Source of the DNA: Rhynchobatus australiae
Taxonomy: Eukaryota
Assembly (NCBI GenBank): GCA_034780895.1
Contig: JAUZTB010000068.1
Coordinates: 26,732,507-26,796,506, forward strand
Reading direction: 5' to 3'
DNA: 64,000 nucleotides
Numbering within the stretch: position 1 is the stretch's first letter; the number at the start of each line of letters is the position of its first letter. A program made the translations under genes and the position numbers. Positions 37,409 to 50,794 of this stretch are shown piece by piece. The notes beneath the pieces are model-generated. The model had not been told where the DNA came from. It did no database searches and saw nothing but the letters and a program-made list of their open reading frames with translations.

Positions 37409-39824
37409 ACACAATAAAACTGCTATTTTGTTCAATCATTTGACAATTTCTTTCAGTAGTAATTTTGTAAGCATGGCTCAGATCTTGCATTTGCACTCAT
37501 GGCAGAGAATTACACTGTGAATCTGACGGTTGTATCGGGTATACAGACTTGCAGAACTAAATGTGGAAACCTTGAAGCTGCCAGCAATAATTTCCAACTC
37601 CTCCATTTTGCATCCTTCTCTGTGAAACAAATAAATTGAAGAGACTTTCGGGTATTTATGAACATTGTTTTGCTACAGAGAAAATGAACATTCCACGCTT
37701 TGTTGCATAAGTTGTTAATTAGTTTTTTAATGGAATACTTATATCTTTAAAATGCATACAAGCTCCGAAGGGCTTATTTTATTTATGTGGGTTTTAATTT
37801 TCTCAGATAAATATTTCAAAGTATGATGAATTTTATTTATTATTTTTATATGGTTTGCTTATAATATTTCAGTGTGTTTACATTCCAGTTTCTACTTTGT
37901 GCTTTGTAAAACAGTTAAAAATTATCCCTTTTGCTTCTGGTTTGCCATTACATAGAATACTACACTGTGATTGACTGATCAGCTTATTCAGTGACAGGAC
38001 TGTTGCCGGATACCAGAGACACTGGTGACAACCTGCACTAGAGAAAGAAACAGAGATAACTAAGCCATTGTGACCAAGTTTCATTGAAAGCCATCACTTT
38101 GCCACTGACTACAAAATCCAGGCCAATGTCAGCATTCCTTCTGCAAACAAAATATTCAAAAAAGAAAAGAGCCTGTTCTTAATTTCTAAACCGGAAGACA
38201 CCGTGGAAGGGGAGGTCAAGCGTGGAAAATTTCTTAATTTATGGAATTTGTTGAATTAGTGTTAGTCTTGCCACTGACCTGTTCATTGCAGTTGATGTAA
38301 GACAAATGGTGAAGCTAAAAAGACTGCAAAAAATGTTAAGATTATCTTAATTGTTCTCTTGTCCCAGGTCTGTTTGCATATCCATCATCCTCACAATCAT
38401 GGCTTACAACACTGAAAACTGATGGGAAAACAGTAGGACTCGCTCTCATGTTCTAGATTTCACAGTCCTCCACTGTATAAAACACTGAATTGTTGAATAC
38501 TCCAGTGAGCATCAACACTACCACATACATGGGCATGGACAGAATTATAATTAGTGGCTATAACATTTATTAAACCATTAAGTACATTCCAAATGCTCAT
38601 TTTAAATGTTATTTTTATCATTCCTGGTTAATCTCTGACTGGATATTCATTCAATTTTGGCTGAAGCCAAAGCCCACCTCTCACAACTAACCAGCAACAA
38701 AGATTCCTTTCTTCTTCTGCTGCCAGCGTGCCTAGAAAATGCAGATCTTCACATCTGACTCCTTCCCTGTGCAAGGTTTAGGTCCTGGAGCTATCACTGA
38801 GCTCACCATCTCTCCAGTGGAGGGCTCAGTCCATTGCACCATGTTGGGCATGCACAAATTCAGCTTCGGCCAACACCTCAAGTGCAGGTGCCTACCTGAA
38901 AGGTTTCACTCACTGTTCCAGATTGTTAAAGGTTACAATTTTAATGACCAACCCAGCCTAACATTTCCCTTTCTTTTCCATTGGTTGCAGAGTGAAAATA
39001 TTCTGCAAATCAATCTTGCTCCTCCACCACAATCCCTAACCACCTGCCCCTTCCCTGAACCCAACCACTCCACTGCCTCCAGAGATCAACATTTAGCTGA
39101 AGCCCAGGACTGTAATATAAAATACATCAAGGTTCCTTCCAGGGAAAAATGGTCCAAGATCCTGAAGCATGCCAGTAACATCACAGCCACAGGGTTAAAA
39201 TATCCCTGCTTACCTACTATCATTCATTACATTTTATTTTACTTTTCTATTACTTTCTGCAAAGCTGAGTTGTTGTATAGTTATTTTTGAGCATATCTAT
39301 TCAAAACAGATTGTTGTGAAATCACACACTCACACACATACACGGACCACCCCCAATACTATGGCTTCCATGATGAAGTTGTAGTCATTAACAACTGTTA
39401 TTCGGCAAACAAAAATATTTCCATTTTCATAGGATTGTCATTTCACAACTAAAGTCAACCTCCAGTTATTGCAGGATTGTCACTCAGTTCCAGCTAAAGA
39501 AACAAAATGCTGTGACGGTTGAGAATCGGTTCAAGTTATTACAACTGTCAGCAATATTTATCTTGACTCCTGCAGCACTTTGTTGGGCTTCAGGTTGATG
39601 TGGATGGGTGGGGTGATGGTGGGGTGTCCCATCGGAACAGGAAAGAGGTTATTGTCCACAAGGAAAACAAACACTGATTTCCACTCTAAACTAAAAATTC
39701 CCAGAATTATATCTAAATGATTATGTAATGACTGGAGTTTGTGGAACAAGCGATGCTCAATGGTTTATATAAGTTGTGGAAGTTTGCAAGTGAAGCACTG
39801 TGTATTTCATGATCATTTTTGACA

Positions 39825-40128
39825 TAGAAGGAAGCCATTCAGCCCATCAAGTTTAGGCTGGTTGACAGAGCAATCCCATCCCCCACTTATTGTGCCTATA
39901 ACTTATTCTCCCCACAATTTTACTACACGCCTACACTCGGGGTAACATACATTGGACAAGTACCTGACTGAACCACATGTGTTTGGGATGTGGGAGGAAA
40001 TCGGAGCAGCCAGAGGAAACCCATGTGGGTCATGGGGAAAATGTGCAAACTCCACACATCCAGCAGCTGAGGTCAGGATTGAACCTGAGTCACTGGCGCT
40101 GTGAGGCAGCAGCACAGTGCTCTGTGCC
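39825..40128 (-). mobile_element. Older V-SINE
   Basis: Reverse complement of V-domain (tttgggatgtgggaggaaatcggagc) and B box (ggattgaacc). Confidence 0.8.
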
Positions 40129-42599
40129 AGTGGCCAGCCCCCCAGTGAGCACATTTCCGGTTCATTTTACCCATCATGGACCTGCACTTAGCAGATTTTG
40201 TCAGAGGCAACCCCCAACTCCCGTGCGCTCATCTGAACAAAGCTGAAGGGGACTGTAACCAAAATTAAAAAGTAATGAAGACTTGACCCTGTCAATGTGA
40301 ATATAAAGATGACTGTTTTCTTCTGACCACAGAATGGGCAAGCAGATAGAGTATCCTTACCTTGTGTATTGATTTATTCTCACTGTGCTGTGAAACACAC
40401 ACCATCCAGTGCCCCAGTGTTGGCAGACAAAGTCCCAAAAACCTTTGGGTTGAGAGTGTTAAGGAGCTGATTGCTGTCTCCACAGCTTGTGCATCAGAAC
40501 AAGAAGCTAATTAGATAATGTAGTCACCAATTACACATAAAGTGAATGTTCAACTCTGAATTGGAGGCAATAGCAAGAGCCAGGCCTAACAAAGTCGAAG
40601 AAAAGTATTTTAAAAATCAACAGAGCACCATATATCAAGCAGGAAAGCATGAGGAATAGTACAAAAGAGAATCCAAGGTGAACCATTAATGGAGAAAATA
40701 CCTAAAGAAGTTCATGTTCCCTGTTGCAGTCCCATGTATTACCTCATTGTTTATTGTATCTGAAAGAAAAGTGGTCAGTTATTGTTTATCCCACAGTCAG
40801 CAGAAGCTTTAACTAGGAGCTGTGGTGGGGATGTGACTGTGGAGCCAAGCATTTGGTGGTGGGTAAGAGACTGATCCAGAGTAGGGACTGTGCTTTACTG
40901 TGTGTGTGGGAAGTAGGGGAGAGCAACCAGGAATACTGGGAGAGGGATCTGCAGCTGGGAGATTGTGTGGTGTATGGGTCTGGAGGTTGAATGGGTGGGA
41001 TATCTGGAAGTGTGGGCGGTTTGTGGGGTCGGGGTGTTATAGGAGTTATTTCAATATGAAAGGGAGGCAGGAGATAAACATGTAGCCAAGTACCTTCCTT
41101 ATCTTGCAGGCCTCACAAGTTGGCACTGCGGGAAGACAGCCCAGGGTGTTGAATGAGAGGGATCCTCAGGACAATGTGGTTCAAGCTTCCTGGCAGTGCT
41201 CTGAGAGAAGCATTACACAGGCCATCACATCATCTGGGCTAGGGGTGGAACTAGTTGCTCCTTGGACAGCTGGCACGGACATGATGGGCCATATGGCCTC
41301 CTGCGCCATAACCATTTCCTGACTCCATGATGCGTGCCCCAAAGGAGAAGTAACATTGGGGTTGCGAGAATGACTCACGAAAGGAAATGCCTGTTGAATC
41401 TTTCTAGCGACCTTAAACAACTCGGAAAAGTTTGTTAAAATTGATTTTTAATTAGATAATGCTGAAATAAAAATAGCTTTAAGCAATTCAATGTCCAGGC
41501 AAATTATTTAAAAGACTGCTGGGACCATTCAATTTGTAAAAAGAGGAGATATGAGGAATACAGCTGGTCAGAACTAAGAATCTAGATTGCAAAATATTAG
41601 ATTGCAATCTTGAATGTCTGAAATTATCAAGGGAAATTTCACATTTTTATCTCATTAGAATTTTGGCTGGGAGTTTTCAGGGGTTTCAACAACTTGCATA
41701 ATAGAAAATAAATTGCATTAAGTTCTTCATCCATCAAGATTTTGTTTCTTCCATGGATTCTTTGACTTGCTAGTCCACCTCATTATTACACGTCTTGTGC
41801 CTCCAGACCAATGTTTCTTTCTCGCATGCTCTCAATATTCTGCACAGTGTCAGGGCTGCCATTTCTTGTGGTGCTGCGGGATGTCATACGGGTGACCTAT
41901 GGTTCACTTCTCCTAACACAAACAATGACCAGTCGCATAGAAGGTTCAGGATTTCATGAGAGAGTTGCATCTGCCAAGCCGCATTCTCAATCTCTCCAGG
42001 CTCTGCCATCATTGCTATTTGCAGTTGGAGTTGGATCCTAACGCCTCACCAGAAGTAACTCTTCAGCTATTCTGTTCAATAGCTTTGTCACTTTTTTTTC
42101 ACACATTATTTTTGCCAGAGATTGGCTACTTTTATAAATATTGTTAATGTTTCAGAGGAACACAAAAGGGTCTTTTCTATTTCTCAAGATGTAATGGTAC
42201 ACAGATAGAGTATCCGATAAGAGAGGCAGTGATCATCTGACTCTTGCACACTGCCACCAGCTAATGTAAGGGTCCCTACACCAGACAATAGTTTGACACA
42301 GGGTACAGGATGGCTTTTAGACAGCCTATAATGATTTTGTATTTGTTATATGTGGAGGCATTGATGCATTTACTTGAGCATCCACAGACGGAGCAGTTAA
42401 ACCCAGGTACAGAGAAACAATATTAAGGCAGCAGAGTGGTGGATTTGATTCCACTTAGAGTCTGCGACCTTTCTCAAAATGGTAATAGTGCCTTGACTTT
42501 GGCTTTGGTATGCTTTCTGTAGCTGATTGCATGGTCCAGTGTAACCCTTAAGAAAACCGAAGATTTCTGATGTTCAATCCTCTTCCATTGGTGACTCCT

Positions 42600-44630
42600 G
42601 GATTAAAATGGTCTGACTCCTGCAGGGTAGGTAGGACACCTATTAATAAAGTGGAGTACTCAGCTACATTCGTAGCATCTCCCTCCCTTTGCATTATTAA
42701 CAGAGCCACTGCACGTCCTTTAAAGGATTGTTGTTGTGTTGCAGTGAGGAATGATATTGGTTCAGAAGCTGACACTCTAGAATCATTTTGGGTAAGAAAT
42801 CACTGGTGGCAGTAATATAGAGCATTTTAATAGTAGCTATGCTCTAAATTAAGAAATAATGTGGGCTTGTAAGAAAGGTACTGCAATAATCACGGGCAAT
42901 TTTAATCATCAAATTGATTGAAGAAATCATGCTGAGGATAAGTTTGCAACCTGTAATTTGATTGCTTTCTTAGAACAATATGTTGCTGAACCAATTTTAA
43001 ATCTTAGGTATTGAAACAGGGATTAACTTGACAAAGGATTCCCTTGGAAAAATGAGATCATGACAGAGTGGAACTTTAAATTCAGTTTGAATGTGAGAAA
43101 CTTGAATGTCTTAAGCTAAGTTTAAAGAGTGCAGGGATAGCTTTGGGATAATGGACTTGGGATAAGATGACAGATCAGCAGAAGCTGACATTTAAAGAAA
43201 TANNNNNNNNNNNNNNNNNNNNNNNNNNNNNNNNNNNNNNNNNNNNNNNNNNNNNNNNNNNNNNNNNNNNNNNNNNNNNNNNNNNNNNNNNNNNNNNNNN
43301 NNNNNNNNNNNATATTACTAAGATAGTCCAAAGGATTCAGAAAGTTTAAATAAAAACAAAGAAAGCATTTAGAAACAAATTAAGGAGGGAGAATATACAC
43401 ATGCACACAGGTATATAAAAATGAAAAAGGTAGTTGAAGTAAGCATTGGTCTTTAAGAGGATAAAACTGGGCAGTTAATGGAAATGGAGAAAGGGTAGCA
43501 ATTGTAAATAATTGTCTGAGATCTTCCTTCATGGTAAAATACACTAATGTAATTATAGATAATTAATGGGCAAAAAGGGAGTGAAGGCAAACCAGTGGGA
43601 TTAATAACTAACAGATAACCTAGACATGATGCCCAGATTCTAGGACCTTAATAGAGCCACAGCAGAGATGGTGAATGTGTTGGTTGTAATTTATAAAAAT
43701 TCCCTGGATTTTGGAGAGGTCCAAGAGGAGTGTAAACTGCAGGTGTAACATAATATTCAAGAAAGGAGGGTGATAGAAAGTAGGAAGTTATAGGCCAGTT
43801 ATGAAAGCATTTATCATTGGGAAAATGCTCAAAATTAATTATAAAGCAGGTAATAGGACACTTAGAAAATTAGAAGATAAGCAATAAAGGCTACATCATT
43901 TTATTCAAAAGGAATTGCATTTAACAAAGTTGCTAGAGTTCTTTGAGGATAAAACAAACAGGCTGAATAAGGGATGAAGTGTATTTGGATTTCCAGAAGG
44001 CATTTGATAACATGCTTCAAAAAAACCTACTGTACAAGATAAGAGTGCACAGGGTTGAGAGTCATGAATTGGCAGAGATAAGAGAGTGGCTCATGCATAG
44101 GATACAGAGAGGTAAGATAAATGGGCCATTTTTGGGCTGGCAATCAATATCTAATGAATGTTCAAGGGATCAGTGGTTGGTCCTCAGCTGTTTACAATGT
44201 ATGTCAATGACTTGGATAAGGGAACAAACCAGATTTACTGAGGACATAATGATAAATGAGCTTGCAAATTGTGAGGAGGAAACAGAGATTAAGTGAGTGG
44301 GCAAGAAATTGGCAGATGGAGTAAAACACGTGAACATTTGAGGCTATCCATTTTAGAAGGAAAATTCAGACAGTAAATTGTTATTTAAATGGACTGAGAT
44401 GTCATGGTACAAAGGGATCTGATGGTCTTCGTGCATGAAACATAAAGGGTTGACATGCAGACCTAACAAGTAAAATTGGAAAAGCTGATGGAATAATAGG
44501 CTTTGTTGCAAGGGTTATGGAGTCCAGAAGTAGGGCAGTTTAATGTACCTTTCCAGGGTGCTGATGAGTCTGAAGAGTCCTGCATACAGTTTTGATTTCC
44601 TTATCTCAGGAAGGAGGTGCTTGGAGGCGA
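42600..44630 (+). mobile_element. Old CR1-type LINE, degenerate endonuclease and reverse transcriptase remnants
   Basis: VRNDIGSEADTLESFWV, IITGNFN, SYRPV, LLEFFED and VYLDFQKAFD, with many stops and frameshifts. Confidence 0.8.
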
Positions 44631-45143
44631 TGTTGATTCAGCCATCTCATTGATACATTCATGTTTGTCTTCTATCTAATTCGAACATGCATTGACAAGA
44701 ACTTGGAAACAACCATTTCCTCTTAAAGAAAAGCTGACAGGAATTCTTTGGAATCACCCAGTCAACCATCTCCTGTTCTGCAGTGGTGTTGCTTCGCATT
44801 GTTGCTATACTGCATACAATGACAGCACTATTTCTAGATCCTTTATCAATGCATGGTCAAGGCACAAAACACCTTGCCATGGCTTTCAGGAGAATAATGA
44901 AATGTTATTTTCCATCGTCATATAATTTTTGCCTAACTACATACAAATACAACATGGTGTCCACAACTGAATGCAGCACACTGGATGTGGTCAAATCAGG
45001 AGGTATCTGGAATATTTGCATATATTGTTTGTGCTCCTCTTATCTGGATCTGGAACCACAGTCTTTTCTAATTATTTTTTCGCTGGTTCCAAAGTTTTCA
45101 TAATTTCTATATATGGATCTCTAAATCTCTCTGTTCATGATTC

Positions 45144-45554
45144 TGTCACAATGTTGAGCAAAGAGCAAGCTCGCAGAGAACCCAAATGCAACACACTGGT
45201 ACGAGACTGGAGTCAGGATGCTTCCTCAGGACCAAATACAGGCAGGAACTGGAAGGAATCTTGCCTCAGGGATCTGAGGTGAAGTCCCAAAACGAAACTG
45301 GATATCCTAGGAGAAACAGTGAAACCAGGACTGCTCTAGAGTTGACAACTCTAAGCAGCCAGGAGACAGAGTATACCCAAAGGTTGACCAATACTCTGGC
45401 AACTAGTGGGAGAGAAACCAGGGTTCTTATGCTAGGACCCTGATGGGGCTCAGGTGTGTGTTGTTATGCAATAGTCGTGCATGGAATCCATGTGCTGTAC
45501 AACAAGGCACCATCAATGGAGCCGAATCAAGGGCCAGTACTCAGAACCATGACA
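45144..45554. mobile_element. Solo LTR with 5-bp TSD (copy 2, complete, 411 bp)
   Basis: TGTCACA...ATGACA termini with GATTC at 45139-45143 and 45555-45559. Homologous to 17904-18243. Confidence 0.9.
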
Positions 45555-46789
45555 GATTCCTAGATATTGCCAAGTGTATAATAATCCATATCTGGGTGTG
45601 GATCTTTCTTGGGTGTGAAGTAAATGATGTCAGTCTTCTCTTCATCAATCTCAGTCTGCCATAGATTTCCCAGTCGATTGTTGGTGAAAATTCTCANNNN
45701 NNNNNNTTGGGATTTGACTGATCTGAAATGTCCTATCTATTGCTGATAGTTCTGCTGGTAATGCCTTCACTGTGGCAATCTCTCCTCGTACCGCCGCACT
45801 TTCACTTTGTAACACATAAAGTCAGAGCTGAGCTGGAGCTCAAGTATCAGTTCACCTCAACTCCTGTTCCACTGCTGACCTCAACCCTGGGAATGGACCC
45901 CAGCCTACTTTGCATCTGTATCAATTTTTTATGTTGATGCCTCGAGCATTCTTGGATTCCTCCTTATCACCCTGCGTAGGTGCAACAGAGAGCTCTAAAT
46001 GTACCGAAGTATGCCTGAGAAAGGCAGGTGTTCTGAAGTTCCTCCAGTGTAATAGTAAATCACTTATTGGCTATTTCTCACTTACATTCCACACTATGCC
46101 ACATACTATTGTGGGTTTCACCCTGGCAGAGCTGTTAATTCAGTGTTGACCTCAAAAGCAATTGAATTTAATGTGTCTTATTGTGGAGGAGACAGTGAAA
46201 TGGTGGCAGTTGAAACAAGAGTCAACAATGAGAGACAAGGAGAAGCAATCCAGACAAGGTGATAGATTCAATGAGCAAGTATGACTCAGAGTAATGGGAC
46301 ATGGGTGAAATCTACACCTACAGACATTTGCAGTATCCAGTACATATTTGAGATAAGGTCAGACATGTTCAAGTCAAGATGATCTCAGCAAGAGACTGAA
46401 GGAATATGTGGTGACGTATCTATTTCTGAAACACTGCTGTATACATGTGCATCATTTCAGTAAAACAAATGCAATACCAGAGAAAATACACAGTTGAAAA
46501 GGCCTAGACATTTAAGGATGTGATGTAAATAATTGTACAAATATTATGTGATTGTCATGTAATAACATTATTATGACATAAGTGACACGTTCAGTGGTTG
46601 CTGTTTGTTTATTATGAAGTATTGACTTTTTTCCTGAAGTTCCTGGTCTCTCTAGACTATCCCCATAGTTAGAACATGCCAGCACTTGCAGCCCAGTTCA
46701 CAGTCCATCCATAAAAACAATACAGGTGCCAGATCTCAGGAAGAACATAGACTTGAAGCAGGTTCCGCACAGAGTCACCACAATGGTAC

Positions 46790-47185
46790 CAGAGTTAAAA
46801 GGGTTGATAACAAGTTGCATAGAACAGGCCAATATTTTCTTGAGTATGAAAGATGACAGTGATGAAGATAATTTGAGGATTTAGTAGAGTAGACAGACAG
46901 AAGGTATTTCCTGTGGCTGGGGAAATTGAAACAAGAATAATCTCAAAGTTAGAAGAGGGTGATTCAAGGCTGATGTCAGAGTAGCAGAAGTTTGGAATTT
47001 TCTTCCCCCAAAAGTTGCTGATGGTGAATAAACTAAAATGTCTAATTGTTTTTTTCTTTTTCCAGGTGAAGACATGGAGCAAACATGTGCAGATGGAATG
47101 AAAATACAGATTTGTTTTGACCTAACTTAATGATGAAACAAGCTCCCATGACTAAACGACCAACCTTTGATCCCATATTCCATAA
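46790..47185 (+). mobile_element. Degenerate CR1-type 3' fragment
   Basis: Residual gtagacagacagaaggtatttcc and tttggaattttcttccccaaaa motifs. Confidence 0.5.
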
Positions 47186-47774
47186 CAACCCATACTGGTT
47201 AGAGATGTAGACCAAAGTCATTAAGATCGATGAGTTGGACCTGGATGGCTCACTCCTCAATAGGATCTACCTCCAGCATTCTTATCATGTTAAGTAACCG
47301 GGTTGTAACCTTCAATAACACAATTTATTTGTAAACCAGTGCTACACTAATTGCTAGTATTTTCCATGCGGTTTGATTGTCAGGAGTCATATGTTTGAGG
47401 CATAGCCAGGACATCTGTACCCCCATTAAGCAAGATGAGTTAAAGCTTATGTGGAGCATAGCTGGCTGAATAGACCATTTTTATGCTCTAATCTTTAGCC
47501 AACCCTCTGCTTTAGCAGTCCAAGAAGGCTACACAGTACATTAATGATGAAACATCACACATGGCTTCTGCTGTTTGTGAAACTCTCTATCAGTGTCAGA
47601 ACATAACCTGCATAAATCATTGACTGAATCCGAATTGCTCATTGTATATTAGGCAATGCTAAAATATATTCATTCTTTGGTATTATTCCAATTTCAATTA
47701 CTCTTTCTGTTATTTCAGTTTCTATCAGGAAAACAATCCTGAAATTGCTGTTCTGTTCGTTAACTCCAGCTAGG

Positions 47775-48095
47775 ACTTGTTCATATATACTTTCTCGCAG
47801 CTCTGGGTTTGATTCTGACCTCCGGGTACCGCCTGTGTGGAGTGTGTGCATTCTCCCTGTGACCATCTGGGTTTCCCCAGGTGCTCTGGTGTCTTGCAAC
47901 ATCTTAAAGATGTCCTGGTTGGTAGGTTAATTGACGAATGTAAATTACTCCTAGTGCAGTGAGTAGCAGGAAAATTAGGAGGTGTGGAGTTAATGGGCAC
48001 GTGAGAGAAAACCGGTTAGGGAGAAATAAGTGGGGGAATAGGATTTGTGGAATTGACCTGGGGGGTGAAATGGCCTTCTTCTGCATTGTAAGAAA
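47775..48095 (+). mobile_element. Older V-SINE
   Basis: gggtttgattctgacctccgg...gggtttccccaggtgctctggt...gtaggttaattg. Confidence 0.75.
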
Positions 48096-48514
48096 TTATA
48101 TAATATATATATTCCAATGAACGAACAAGCTGGAATCATTTTGAAATCATATTTAGTTTGCTTAAAACTACCTTGATGCTACTTTCAACAAGTTCTTTCA
48201 ACAAGTATAATAATCTCCAAATGAGGTGCTAAATTTTCAGGCCAGTCACTGACAGCAACTTTTGCTTTGACTATGTTACAAATTACCAGATTGTCAGGAA
48301 TTAACAACAAATTACTGAGTAATAGTTACAGCTGATTTACTGGTGTGGTTCTTGCACACTGAAAAATGTCACTGAGACACGTTAATCGGGTTACACTGAT
48401 CACACACAAAGAAAAGCTTTTTGTTTCTTAAACTTGGAGTACCACTGCATATATGCAATCAGATTTTAAATCCAAAAATTAAGTTCAAACCAATTCAGAC
48501 GTAAATTAAAATAA

Positions 48515-49095
48515 AAAAAAACTGCAGCTCTGGTAATCCGAAATAAAAACTGAAAATACTAGAAACTCAGCATGTCAGGCAGCATCTGTGGAAAGAGAAA
48601 CAGATAATGTTTCAGATCCGGGATCCTTCATCAGAACTGAGAAAGAGAGAAATAAGTTAGTTTAGGCAGCAGGGTAGATTGGCGAGGGAAATGAATGGAA
48701 CAAAGGGAATTTCTCTGATAGGGTGACATAATGTGGCTGCAAAGGAGCAGTTCAGCTTCTTTGTCTGTGTGAAGTCTTGCTGATGTGGTAAAGTCTGGGC
48801 AGTGAGGAATGGTCTGGCATACTGGGACATGCCCAGCAGGCCAGAATACATGAAAGAAGAAAGTGATGGAAGGCAAAAATAGCCAGTCCTGATACAAAGA
48901 GAAAGAAAGATCAACTTATCTAAAGTTGGANNNNNNNNNNNNNNNNNNNNNNNNNNNNNNNNNNNNNNNNNNNNNNNNNNNNNNNNNNNNNNNNNNNNNN
49001 NNNNNNNNNNNNNNNNNNNNNNNNNNNNNNTTATCTAAAGTTGGAGAATTTGATAATAAATTCTGCTGGATGCAACATGCCCAGATGAAAGAGAA
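48515..49095 (-). mobile_element. Penelope-like element 3' part: ORF end, CT-rich region and terminal repeat with hammerhead motif
   Basis: Minus strand 49095-49031 reads LFHLGMLHPAEFIIKFSNFR*, resembling a PLE GIY-YIG C-terminus. A CT-rich tract follows, then the motif at 48601-48639 and tccacagatgctgcctgac. Confidence 0.7.
48601..48639 (-). ncRNA. Minimal type I hammerhead ribozyme motif (probably decayed)
   Basis: cagtt CTGATGA A GGATC CCG GATCT GAAAC ATT atctg: both conserved boxes, a 5-bp helix II and flanks pairing as helix I. The ACGT palindrome is mutated to ACAT. Confidence 0.55.
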
Positions 49096-50794
49096 GTTTT
49101 CCTAGCATTTTCTGTTTTATTAACCAAATTCAGGAACCCAAATCTTAAGGATAAATTTCATCAGAAATGTATGTGTGAGTGCCAGAATCCTGTAGCTGCT
49201 GTCTATGATTAACCACTGGAAGCCTACTGCTCTCTGACAGTGCATGGATGGAGTGGAGTGGCAGAGAGGTAGTTTTGCCTTACGTTTGGTTCTCAGATTC
49301 ACTATAAAATCTGCACCAGTGGTGAAAATCTCTGCTTCAGATATTTTAGATGATTTAATCTGATAAATCATTGCAGAACTGTATTTACCTCTCTGTTATT
49401 ACATTTCTTCTCCTTTTCAAAATTGATGTGAAATTCAATAAATCAAAATTGCCCTGGATTCAAGCCATAAACAACCAGTCACTTGTATTGATCAAAATGC
49501 AACAACAATGTACCAGTTGCATTCACTTCAATTTTAGTAGCTCCATAAGTGCCCCATTTCTGTAAATCAGTTGTGTTTACTCATCTGTTCACAGGTAATT
49601 AAAGTGCACTGAGCCCAATAACAAAGAAAAGTAAATAAAATCAGAGTCCAAATGAGGAAGACCTCAGCTTTAATATTTTATATTTTTGGAGGTTTCACCA
49701 AGAATAGCAACAGAGCTGGTCAAATCTCTCCTCATTACAGACTTGCCAGAGCAATGAGAAACAACTGTACCTTCAAGTGAATTTAAACCTATAAACCATC
49801 TGCTGCAATAAGTGATCTATATTTCTGTGATTTGAAAACTATCCACTAGCATCACCGGCCAAGTGTCTTGTCACTTTAGCTGTGCCCCTGTGAATATAAA
49901 TTTTAAGCCGCAGGTGGAATTCAAACCCTGCTTGCTAGGTCACCAGTCCAGAATCTCAACAATTACATTACCACACCCTTCTGCTGAATGGTGTAAAACA
50001 AAATCCACCTCATATTCCCTGTCCTGGAGTTTGGCACTGCTGATGAGAAAACCAATAACTAGTAAACTGTAAACTTGTTTAAATTCAATCACTAGACATT
50101 GGTGTCATTGGCATTCATTATCCATCCCTAATTACCCTTGTTTATTTCCTTCATGCCTTCCTTTAAAATGTGATTTTAATCTCTAAAGCAGTTGCCGGTA
50201 CTTGTTATTCATAACACATGTTCTGTTGAAGTTTTATATGGGAATTTTACTCTGGTTGGGCCCAGTTAATTATAGTTTATATTAGCTTTGGATGAAGAAG
50301 AATGCTCAGCCTATTTCATCTCAATCCTTTAGAATACCAGCACTACAACCTGCTCATTATGACATCTGGCTGTATTCTTAATGAGTCCTGCATCACAGTC
50401 TCAGCCATTTATCTTGATAATAAGTTCCAGCTGCATCAGTTCTGAGCAATAGTCCAAAATTTACCTTTTACATACTAAGATCTGGGTCCATTTATCCTTA
50501 CATCATGGCATGGCTGAAGCTACCGAAGTGAGTGAAGATCCTAGCGTACTTTTCTCTTCAGTAAAATATATTTTGAAGGTCAATGTTGTTCACTTATGAA
50601 TTAATTATCAATGATGCCATGTATTAACATCCTTGGTATTGTCTCCCAGTTCTTAGTGGTTTACCAAATAGGAAATAGGGATGCTAGTGGACCCATCAAC
50701 TGTGTGCTGATTGTCACTTATCAGTAACTCCTTTCCATTTTAAAAGGGCTATAGCCATCCTTGTCAAGGCCAGTATTCAACATAAAACCCAATT

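Noticed and set aside
37878-38050. Minus-strand acceptor followed by GCHQC as the missing furin-like 1 exon
   Set aside because: Cysteine spacing and the NGC, CPxGY and MNKC motifs of FU1 are absent.
38739-39290. Longest gap-free ORF (183 aa, plus strand)
   Set aside because: No recognisable domain, composition typical of translated non-coding DNA, and antisense to the RSPO1 intron.
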